Positions 19,221-25,000 of a DNA stretch of 25,000 bases are shown here, one piece after another (positions within the stretch are counted from its first letter, which is position 1; the number at the start of each line of letters is the position of its first letter). Position numbers and translations under genes: made by a program. The notes under the pieces were generated by a model. That model was not told the DNA's origin. It searched no databases and saw only the letters and a list, made by a program, of their open reading frames with translations. This DNA is from a virus (lineage: Duplodnaviria > Caudoviricetes). The stretch spans positions 1-25,000 of the IMG/VR virus record IMGVR_UViG_3300030107_004377. The stretch is one strand, 5' to 3'.

Positions 19221-19757
19221 TTATAATGCATCTTCATCTGAGAGAGATAATGTTTGTCCTCCTTTTTTATGGATCTTTTCTTCTTCAAAGGTAGCTTTAA
19301 TTTTGTTATAATCGTCAAACATCTTAGGAGTAGCGGCTAGCATAGCGTCTACATCTCTTAAAGCTTTAGTATCTAACATAGCTGTTCCACCTTGAAGTAA
19401 TTCTTGGTATAATTCTTTTATAGACTTATCTCTCATTTTAATAGTCTCGTTCCAAGAAGTAAGAGCTCTTTCAGCATCTGATAAAGCAGTATCTCTATAA
19501 GATTCTACAATAGGAGAAAGCTTTTTCCAATTAACCTTAATATTTTTTAGAAATGTTTTACTCATTTCTTCATATTTATTAGGCCTATTATAAAATTTAG
19601 AATCAGGTTGCTCACACATTTGTATAGCCCACATAATTCTAGACGATTCTTTTTTATCTTTAGATTTATCTTTTTTATAAAAATCATCTAAATCTGCAGC
19701 AAATCTCATTTCAGGATGAGTAGTCCAAAAACTAGTTTCAAATATACTAATGTCCAT
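19221..19757 (-). CDS. Conserved helical protein upstream of TerL (candidate small terminase)
   Basis: 178 aa with YKKDKSKDK..S, PDSKFY and C-terminal KKGGQTLSLSD; abuts the terL start. The TerS role is inferred from position. Confidence 0.5.
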   Translation of the reverse strand: MDISIFETSFWTTHPEMRFAADLDDFYKKDKSKDKKESSRIMWAIQMCEQPDSKFYNRPNKYEEMSKTFLKNIKVNWKKLSPIVESYRDTALSDAERALTSWNETIKMRDKSIKELYQELLQGGTAMLDTKALRDVDAMLAATPKMFDDYNKIKATFEEEKIHKKGGQTLSLSDEDAL

Positions 19758-20007
19758 TTTTCTTTTTTTCTAAATACTTATTAGCATGACTTATCTTGTT
19801 TAAGTTAGGAATAAATTTTCCAAAATTATCTATGTGAATAGTTTTAAATTTATCAGGATTATATAATCCGTCTTCCATTTTATCTTCTTCTGAAATAGTA
19901 GAAGCTATTTTATCCACAAACAGACTGAAAATTTCTTCAGCCTGTCCTATTGGGATATTATGTTTTATAGCTAATTCGTTTAATATCTTTTTTTGTTTTC
20001 CTTTCAT
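19747..20007 (-). CDS. HU/IHF-like DNA-binding protein
   Basis: 86 aa with ILNELAIKHNIP..QAEEIF helices and an IHIDNFGKF strand, the HU/IHF I..FG.F signature. Confidence 0.7.
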   Translation of the reverse strand: MKGKQKKILNELAIKHNIPIGQAEEIFSLFVDKIASTISEEDKMEDGLYNPDKFKTIHIDNFGKFIPNLNKISHANKYLEKKKNGH

Positions 20008-20580
20008 CTACAAAATAGTAATGTCATCATCAGAATATCTACTTCCTATTATTGTGTCTGTTCCATTAGCAGGAGGGGCCAACTTACGAGGTGCTGTCTT
20101 CCTCGGTTTTTTAGGCTCCTCCTTCTTAATGGTTTTTTCCTCAACTGGCTCTTCAATTGGGATATCTTTAATCTCTTCTTTTTTAGGTCTGTGTAAAGGT
20201 TGTTTACTCATGCTCATTTTAATCTGAATTTCCAAGCCATCCGAATCAGGCTCAAATATCAATCCAGCATTTAACACTCCATCCGAACTCAATACAGGCC
20301 TACCCATATATTGAATCTTTTTAAGTCTAGATATTAACCCATTAAATTGTTTCTCTTCAATATCTAGTTTTTCTCTAACTTCCTTACGCATATCAGTACT
20401 TAATATAAACTTAGCTCTTTTTTCTATAGGTAATGCTTCGTATTCTCTATTCAATACAATCAACTCAGCAATTACATCTCTTTCTTGTGGAGTTGCCCCC
20501 ATAAGAAAGTTCATAAAAGAAAGAATCTGTTTATAGATCTTCTCATTATTTGTTGGTATATTAATGATATGCTTTTTCAT
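20008..20580 (-). CDS. Putative winged-helix DNA-binding protein with low-complexity tail
   Basis: TPQERDVIAEL...LSTDMRKEVREKLDIEEKQFNGLISRLKK..LN fits an HTH/wing pattern; C-terminus rich in E/K/P. Confidence 0.55.
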   Translation of the reverse strand: MKKHIINIPTNNEKIYKQILSFMNFLMGATPQERDVIAELIVLNREYEALPIEKRAKFILSTDMRKEVREKLDIEEKQFNGLISRLKKIQYMGRPVLSSDGVLNAGLIFEPDSDGLEIQIKMSMSKQPLHRPKKEEIKDIPIEEPVEEKTIKKEEPKKPRKTAPRKLAPPANGTDTIIGSRYSDDDITIL

Positions 20581-20581
20581 C

Positions 20582-20962
20582 TTAAGCTTTCTTAGCTGCT
20601 TCTTGTAGTTCAGTATCTACATTTAACAGTTTTCCTAATTCAACCCAATGAGTAAAAGTAGTTTCAGCAATAATAGTTAATACTGCCATTAATACTTGTA
20701 CTTCCATTTTAAATTTATCAAATTCTTTAGGTTTTGTAAAAGGAATAGTTTGTAGTTCAGTTTCTCCATAAGCTGCTTCACGCATTTTAACTGTAAAATG
20801 ATATTGTGAAAGAGCGTCTTTGTCTTTGCTTATTGGAGGTATAGCAGTTAGATTATAAGTAAAAGATCTACCTGTTCCTGCTCTATGTTGAGCATCGTTT
20901 ACTCCATTAAATACAGCGTCTATAATGCTAAATAGTTGATCCGCCTGTTGTTTTGTCTTCAT
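20582..20962 (-). CDS. Hypothetical protein
   Basis: 126-aa ORF in a tightly packed operon. Confidence 0.75.
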   Translation of the reverse strand: MKTKQQADQLFSIIDAVFNGVNDAQHRAGTGRSFTYNLTAIPPISKDKDALSQYHFTVKMREAAYGETELQTIPFTKPKEFDKFKMEVQVLMAVLTIIAETTFTHWVELGKLLNVDTELQEAAKKA

Positions 20963-21134
20963 AGTTTATTAATATTTCTAAAATAAAAAGATTAGAATCT
21001 GCTAAAAGATATTTTGTCGTAATAGTTAGATTAATTCTAGCACAATACGATTCAATAGCTTTTAACAAACTCTTTTCTTTGTCAAATAAATACAAAAGAT
21101 CTTTACTCTTGTACTGGTGCTTTAGGCCTGGCAT
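20928..21134 (-). CDS. Hypothetical protein
   Basis: 68-aa ORF that fills the gap and overlaps each neighbour by about 30 nt. Confidence 0.55.
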   Translation of the reverse strand: MPGLKHQYKSKDLLYLFDKEKSLLKAIESYCARINLTITTKYLLADSNLFILEILINYEDKTTGGSTI

Positions 21135-21393
21135 CTACTAAAAATACTTGAGGTATTATTGCCTCAGCACCTACAATTACTCTAGCAGTTAGATCAGTTC
21201 CATATTCAACTAGTAACTTATCAATTGCTGCCCCACAAGCATCTCGCTGTAGTTTTCTGTACGCTGCATACTCTTTAGGAGACAATTCTGCTAAATCCTC
21301 TATACTTAGCTTTTCTTCTGTCTCTACTGTTTCTACTGCTTCTAAGTTTTCTTTCTCCTTTGCCTTAGTAGCCATTGTTTTTTCTTTTGCCAT
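21103..21393 (-). CDS. Hypothetical protein
   Basis: 96-aa ORF with an acidic N-terminal part and an A-rich leader. Confidence 0.75.
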   Translation of the reverse strand: MAKEKTMATKAKEKENLEAVETVETEEKLSIEDLAELSPKEYAAYRKLQRDACGAAIDKLLVEYGTDLTARVIVGAEAIIPQVFLVDARPKAPVQE

Positions 21394-21406
21394 TTTAATT
21401 TAAATT

Positions 21407-21703
21407 TTAGGTTGAAAAAATTTGCATATTTAATCTGTATCTCCCTCTCACCGCTGTCGTCAATATTAAATTACGTTGTTTAAGAGAACTAATATGCTTG
21501 TCTAATGTCACTGGTGATATCTCTAGTTTAAGCATGATACTTTCTTTATGTACTTTATCTGCATACCAAATATGTTTTTCCATATCAGTCTGTCTCAGTA
21601 TATGGTACAATACGTGGAAAGTTCTGTCCTTAGACTTTAATAAAATGCTTTCCTTAGTATCTAAATAAACCGTTATCACTTTTCTGTTTCTTCGTTTAAA
21701 CAT
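21407..21703 (-). CDS. RepL-like winged helix-turn-helix protein
   Basis: TFHVLYHIL...KESIMLKLEISPVTLDKHISSLKQRNLI...RGRYRLNMQIF gives an HTH plus a G.Y.LN..IF wing like RepL-family proteins. It is the first gene of the minus-strand block. Confidence 0.65.
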   Translation of the reverse strand: MFKRRNRKVITVYLDTKESILLKSKDRTFHVLYHILRQTDMEKHIWYADKVHKESIMLKLEISPVTLDKHISSLKQRNLILTTAVRGRYRLNMQIFST

Positions 21704-21705
21704 TA

Positions 21706-21775
21706 CAAATATATAATTTTATATCAAATATTGATAGTACAAATATAAAAAAGTTTACTTACTGTTACAAATATA
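21706..21775 (-). promoter_or_regulatory. Three tandem Bacteroidota -7 boxes (TATATTTG)
   Basis: Plus-strand CAAATATA at 21706-21713, 21740-21747 and 21768-21775; each reads TATATTTGTA on the minus strand. Confidence 0.6.
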
Positions 21776-22198
21776 ATAGTAATAATATCAAAAAATGATA
21801 GGAAACCCCATATTATGTAAAGAAAAACCCTCCTAAAAATATCAGGAGGGTTCAACCACTATAAACTATAAAACATTATGAATAAGTTTTACTACCGCAC
21901 AAACAAGAAAATAAAAGCACTGGTAGATCACTATTATCACATAGAACAAATATATACAATTATTCATTAGGAATACATCACAAAATTAAAAAAATAAAAA
22001 AAATTGTTGTTTTTCTTGCATATTTAAAATGGATTACAGGGCTACTATCATAAATATAACAGTCTGACTATTATACGGTATTAGGTCAGTACTATCATAA
22101 ACGTAATAGTACTGGCCAACCAAACATGATAGCTTATTTTTTCACAATATCTTTATTATGAGGCACTTAACCTTTTTTACTGTTACATACGTAATAGC
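21761..22198. repeat. Array of imperfect palindromes ACTRTYA-N6-TAAYAGY (operator/iteron-like)
   Basis: 21761 ACTGTTA-CAAATA-TAATAGT; 22044 ACTATCA-TAAATA-TAACAGT; 22091 ACTATCA-TAAACG-TAATAGT; 22179 ACTGTTA-CATACG-TAATAGC; degenerate copies are also present. Confidence 0.75.
21821..21852 (-). terminator. Intrinsic terminator in the intergenic region
   Basis: Stem AACCCTCCT (21826-21834) / AGGAGGGTT (21844-21852) with an A-rich flank on the left (U-tract on the minus strand). Confidence 0.65.
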
Positions 22199-22226
22199 AA
22201 CTGACATATAAGGTAAACCTTTAGGT

Positions 22227-22260
22227 TTTGCCATATATAATTATATTATCATTATCTTTA
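22227..22260 (+). promoter_or_regulatory. Candidate host-sigma promoter for 22288..22632
   Basis: TTTG (22227-22230), 22-nt spacer, TATCTTTA (22253-22260); close to the TTTG-N19-21-TAnnTTTG consensus. Confidence 0.4.
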
Positions 22261-22287
22261 TACTTTAATAACAAATAAACGCTCATC

Positions 22288-22632
22288 ATGGAAAAGTATT
22301 TAAGTATTCATTTAACAACTCCAGATTCTAGAAATTTAATTAGTGCAGAAGGTATAATTGCTATAAGTATGAATTCTACTTCAACTGTTAAGATCTGGTA
22401 TAAAGATGGAAAAACAATAACAATAGAACTAAGTGCTGCTATGGCATCTAATGATGATTCTATCCCTTATTACTTATTTAATCAAATTGCTAAACTTCAA
22501 GAAGGAACAATTAGTAATTCTGAAATGGCAAGTACAACTAATGTACTAGAAATTCCTACTCCATTACCAAATGATAAAATTTGGGATGCCACAGGTAATT
22601 ATATAACTTTAACAGCAATAACTATAGCATAA
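22288..22632 (+). CDS. Hypothetical protein (beta-rich, possibly virion-associated)
   Basis: 114-aa ORF with an A-rich leader; first substantial plus-strand gene. Confidence 0.75.
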   Translation: MEKYLSIHLTTPDSRNLISAEGIIAISMNSTSTVKIWYKDGKTITIELSAAMASNDDSIPYYLFNQIAKLQEGTISNSEMASTTNVLEIPTPLPNDKIWDATGNYITLTAITIA

Positions 22633-22642
22633 AATTTTAATC

Positions 22643-22780
22643 ATGGCTAAAAGAACAATAACAGATTCTAAATTATTTACCCCTGCTAAAAAGAGAAAGG
22701 GAATTCACAGCAAGAGTAAATCTAGTAAACTAAAATCTTCTCGTAATTACAAAAAGTCTTACAAAGGACAAGGCAGATAA
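22643..22780 (+). CDS. Very basic 45-aa protein ending KKSYKGQGR, missed by the ORF track
   Basis: MAKRTITDSKLFTPAKKRKGIHSKSKSSKLKSSRNYKKSYKGQGR*; starts 10 nt after the previous stop. I recognise the Y(K/R)GQG(R/K) ending from small basic proteins of aquatic phages. Confidence 0.8.
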   Translation: MAKRTITDSKLFTPAKKRKGIHSKSKSSKLKSSRNYKKSYKGQGR

Positions 22781-22847
22781 TTTTTATAAAATTTTTTTTA
22801 GAAATTTTTTTTAGAAAATTTTTTGATCGTGTTTAAGTGGAGACCAT

Positions 22848-22875
22848 CATAGTCAACGACCATAGCTATTATGTG
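22848..22875 (+). promoter_or_regulatory. Repeated promoter-like motif, copy 1
   Basis: CATAGTCAACGACC-ATAG-CTATTATGTG. Confidence 0.6.
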
Positions 22876-23082
22876 AATGGGGAAGGTATCCCCCCGTATT
22901 GTAAAATCAATACTGAATAAGAGATACTACTAACAAGGTATGGTGTTGTCATCGAGCAAGTAAACCTACTAAGACATAGCACCTTGTTTCTTTTTCTTAT
23001 TGATATGTTATTTAATAAATACAGTTTACACACAAACTACTTGGCGGGTGTTGAAAGTTACCAAGAACTGTATTTATTTTTC

Positions 23083-23114
23083 TTTGCACAGTCAACGACT
23101 TAATCTATTAAGTG
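23083..23114 (+). promoter_or_regulatory. Repeated promoter-like motif, copy 2
   Basis: TTTGCACAGTCAACGACT-TAAT-CTATTAAGTG, 23 nt before ATG 23138. Confidence 0.75.
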
Positions 23115-23137
23115 AACATATAAAATATATATCTATC

Positions 23138-23314
23138 ATGAAAAAACTTCTTTTTACATTATCTATTATCTGTGTATTCACAGCAATTGTATGCCTTGCA
23201 GGCATATTTATGGACTCTGATTCAATATTTATGAATGACCTTCAATACTTCATTTCAGGAGTATCATCCTGTGCATTAGGTGTACTGTGTCTTGAAGGAT
23301 CATCGAAATTATGA
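23138..23314 (+). CDS. Small two-TM membrane protein (58 aa)
   Basis: MKKLLFTLSIICVFTAIVCLAGIFM...YFISGVSSCALGVLCL. The ATG at 23138 is preferred over the track's TTG at 23000, which would span a hairpin and the promoter motif. Confidence 0.7.
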   Translation: MKKLLFTLSIICVFTAIVCLAGIFMDSDSIFMNDLQYFISGVSSCALGVLCLEGSSKL

Positions 23315-23340
23315 AAAAAGAGCTTAGGCTCTTTTTTTTT
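23314..23340 (+). terminator. Intrinsic terminator
   Basis: AAAAAAGAGC-TTAG-GCTCTTTTTTTTT. Confidence 0.85.
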
Positions 23341-23369
23341 GCACAGTCAACGACTCGGGCTATAATATG
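23338..23369 (+). promoter_or_regulatory. Repeated promoter-like motif, copy 3
   Basis: TTTGCACAGTCAACGACT-CGGG-CTATAATATG, sharing its TTT with the terminator U-tract. Confidence 0.75.
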
Positions 23370-23424
23370 GACAAAATAAAGTTTGTCCTAGTTTTTTTTA
23401 TACACTTAAATTAATTGAACGCTT

Positions 23425-23703
23425 ATGAACAATTCATCAAGTAACTCGCAGTATGCTCACGCAGTATACACAAAAGATGCAGGAGAAAAATCTGCAATCG
23501 TTTTAATAAAAACTAATCCTCTTTCTAAAGTAGGACTTCCTGTTTATGTAAACAGAGCAGACCTTCACGCAATGGGATTCAAAGAAGGAGATGTTATTAA
23601 AGACACAATACCTGCCAATTTTAAAACTCAAGATTGGAAGAATGAAGACGGTACTATACGTACTACTAAAGACGGAATACCGTTACAAGTATTTGTAGGA
23701 TAA
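23425..23703 (+). CDS. Hypothetical protein (92 aa) in its own promoter-terminator cassette
   Basis: Clean ORF between motif copy 3 and a UUCG terminator. Confidence 0.8.
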   Translation: MNNSSSNSQYAHAVYTKDAGEKSAIVLIKTNPLSKVGLPVYVNRADLHAMGFKEGDVIKDTIPANFKTQDWKNEDGTIRTTKDGIPLQVFVG

Positions 23704-23704
23704 C

Positions 23705-23740
23705 AAAGAGAGAGCCTTCGGGCTCTCTTTTCTTTTTTTT
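23705..23740 (+). terminator. Intrinsic terminator with C(UUCG)G tetraloop
   Basis: AGAGAGCC-TTCG-GGCTCTCT followed by TTTCTTTTTTTT. Confidence 0.92.
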
Positions 23741-23788
23741 GCACAGTCTACAACCTTTTGCACAGTCTACGACTTAAACTATCGTGTG
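23738..23788 (+). promoter_or_regulatory. Repeated promoter-like motif, partial copy plus full copy 4 in tandem
   Basis: TTTGCACAGTCTACAACC (23738-23755), then TTTGCACAGTCTACGACT-TAAA-CTATCGTGTG (23757-23788). Confidence 0.75.
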
Positions 23789-23916
23789 TTAAAAAGGGTT
23801 AGAGTACGAAAATAATCACGCTCTATAAGTAAAATCACAGTATTTATTACGTAAACTATAAGCTTAAAGAATTACATCATTTAATTCTTTATAGCATTAA
23901 TTTAAAATATTTAAAA

Positions 23917-24354
23917 ATGGAAAATCTGGTTGTTGGTTATGACTTCTCCACTAAAAAAGAAGTTGAAAATAGATATACTTCAAGAGAAAATGTTTTAGAC
24001 ATTATCAATAAAATTGAATATGTTGTTTGTAAAGAAAAAGATGGACAAAGATTAAATTATGAAGATCCGTCTGAATTAACTGTTGTAGAATTATTTAAAA
24101 ATAAATCATTACTTGTTGCATACAATGTTAAATGTTTAGGAGAATTTACAATAACAGGAATAGAACTTTTAAAGAAAAATACTCCTAAAAATAACTGTCT
24201 TCTAAAAGGTAAAGCAGAATACTCTGTATACAAAATTGACAAAGATAGAGATAGATATTATTTTGTTGAAAGTAGTTTTACTGTAATGAAAAGTAGTACA
24301 GGGTCTATTGTACTTTATTTACATTGTTCAGATAGATGTCCTGTAGAATATTAG
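23917..24354 (+). CDS. Hypothetical protein (145 aa)
   Basis: Clean ORF with an A-rich leader (TTTAAAAATG), followed by a stem-loop. Confidence 0.75.
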   Translation: MENLVVGYDFSTKKEVENRYTSRENVLDIINKIEYVVCKEKDGQRLNYEDPSELTVVELFKNKSLLVAYNVKCLGEFTITGIELLKKNTPKNNCLLKGKAEYSVYKIDKDRDRYYFVESSFTVMKSSTGSIVLYLHCSDRCPVEY

Positions 24355-24355
24355 A

Positions 24356-24400
24356 AATAATGGGAACTTTAATTTGAGGAGTTCCCATTATTATTTATTT
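24356..24400 (+). terminator. Stem-loop / probable terminator
   Basis: AATAATGGGAACT...AGTTCCCATTATT followed by a T-rich tract. Confidence 0.7.
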
Positions 24401-24420
24401 ATTTATTTAATTTATTTAAT

Positions 24421-24591
24421 ATGAAAAAACTCATTTTTAATCCGATTTTTATTAACTTAATATTATTATTAACTAGTGTTATATCAATGATATTTTGTAT
24501 GCACACTGATCAAATTAGTGATGCTATCATATTTGCAGTGACTAGTCTTGGATTGACATTATTATTAACTGCACAAGCAAATAATTTATAA
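24421..24591 (+). CDS. Small two-TM membrane protein (56 aa), missed by the ORF track
   Basis: MKKLIFNPIFINLILLLTSVISMIFCMHTDQISDAIIFAVTSLGLTLLLTAQANNL*. Confidence 0.65.
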   Translation: MKKLIFNPIFINLILLLTSVISMIFCMHTDQISDAIIFAVTSLGLTLLLTAQANNL

Positions 24592-24611
24592 ACCTTTTAA
24601 TACACTTTATT

Positions 24612-24869
24612 ATGGATTTAGATAACAATTCAAAATTAATTAACTATGTAGATAGCCTTATAATCCAACATAGTATAACAAGCTTTTTGCATAAACAAGA
24701 AGAAGAAAAAAAATCACCCAATCTATTAGATATAATAGAATACGTATCCAAAGATACGTTACATAATGGTCTAGATATTATTAGACACATTAACCAATTA
24801 GAAATTACTCTTAAAATAAAGAAAGTTCCTACTGTATTTAACAAGTGTACTTACAGAATTGCAGAGTAA
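24612..24869 (+). CDS. Hypothetical protein (85 aa)
   Basis: Co-oriented ORF with an AT-rich leader. Confidence 0.65.
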   Translation: MDLDNNSKLINYVDSLIIQHSITSFLHKQEEEKKSPNLLDIIEYVSKDTLHNGLDIIRHINQLEITLKIKKVPTVFNKCTYRIAE

Positions 24870-24915
24870 TTATAGCATTATATTAATTATTTATTTACCT
24901 TTTAAACTTTTAAAC

Positions 24916-25000
24916 ATGAGACAAATTATCATTTTATTTAGCTTATTATTATCATTTAGTTCTTCAGCTAACACTGAAGTCAAAAATGAGACAACAGATA
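24916..25000 (+). CDS. Signal-peptide protein, truncated by window end
   Basis: MRQIIILFSLLLSFSSSA-NTEVKNETTD..., open to the end of the window. Confidence 0.6.
   Translation, partial: MRQIIILFSLLLSFSSSANTEVKNETTD

Noticed and set aside
18909-20227. Track ORFs 18909..19181, 19993..20196 and 20021..20227 (+)
   Set aside because: Antisense to terL and to 20008..20580, with no independent signals.
11692-21703. Stop-codon reassignment, known in some crAss-like phages
   Set aside because: Long genes are intact in the standard code, and TAG stops (19747, 20008, 20928) coincide with the next gene starts; TGA is used in ATGA overlaps elsewhere in the window.
21761-22198. Mini-CRISPR interpretation of the palindrome array
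   Set aside because: Units are only 20 bp, degenerate in the centre, and lack regular unique spacers.
22876-23082. tRNA or hammerhead ribozyme
   Set aside because: No TTCRA T-loop or cloverleaf and no CUGAnGA core were found by eye.
23000-23137. N-terminal extension of track ORF 23000..23314
   Set aside because: The TTG start would run through a 13-bp hairpin and the promoter motif; ATG 23138 has a proper leader.
22848-23788. CRISPR array interpretation of the repeated motif
   Set aside because: Spacing is irregular (19 to about 400 bp) and includes genes and terminators; no cas genes are present.
24057-24844. Track ORFs 24057..24242 and 24644..24844 (-)
   Set aside because: Antisense to co-oriented plus-strand genes.

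Overview
AT-rich dsDNA phage DNA, best read as a crAss-like (Crassvirales-type) phage of a Bacteroidota host, possibly an aquatic Flavobacteriia host. Positions 1-21703 form one long minus-strand block. In transcription order it carries a RepL/wHTH-like gene, small hypotheticals, a second wHTH gene, an HU/IHF-like gene, a candidate TerS, terminase large subunit, portal, an acidic scaffold-like protein, major capsid protein, ring/auxiliary-capsid/hub-like genes, collagen and LamG fibre genes, a spanin-like gene and an SNase-family nuclease. The block ends with a 957-aa signal-peptide protein carrying 12 GCxD..A.NY.P.A..DDGSC repeats and a type IX secretion type-A C-terminal domain, translationally coupled to a second exported, beta-strand-rich protein that runs off the window. 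Strand polarity flips at 21.7-22.3 kb. That intergenic region holds tandem Bacteroidota -7 promoter boxes, an array of ACTRTYA-N6-TAAYAGY palindromes and a possible sRNA. The plus-strand region (22.8-25 kb) consists of small genes in terminator-promoter cassettes with a repeated motif, TTTGCACAGTCWACGACT-N4-CTATNNWRTG, which contains a triloop mini-hairpin and is a candidate phage-specific promoter. A terminator loop at 8438-8453 is complementary to the start-codon leaders of the two genes flanking the MCP gene. All family calls come from motif and synteny recognition, not database searches.
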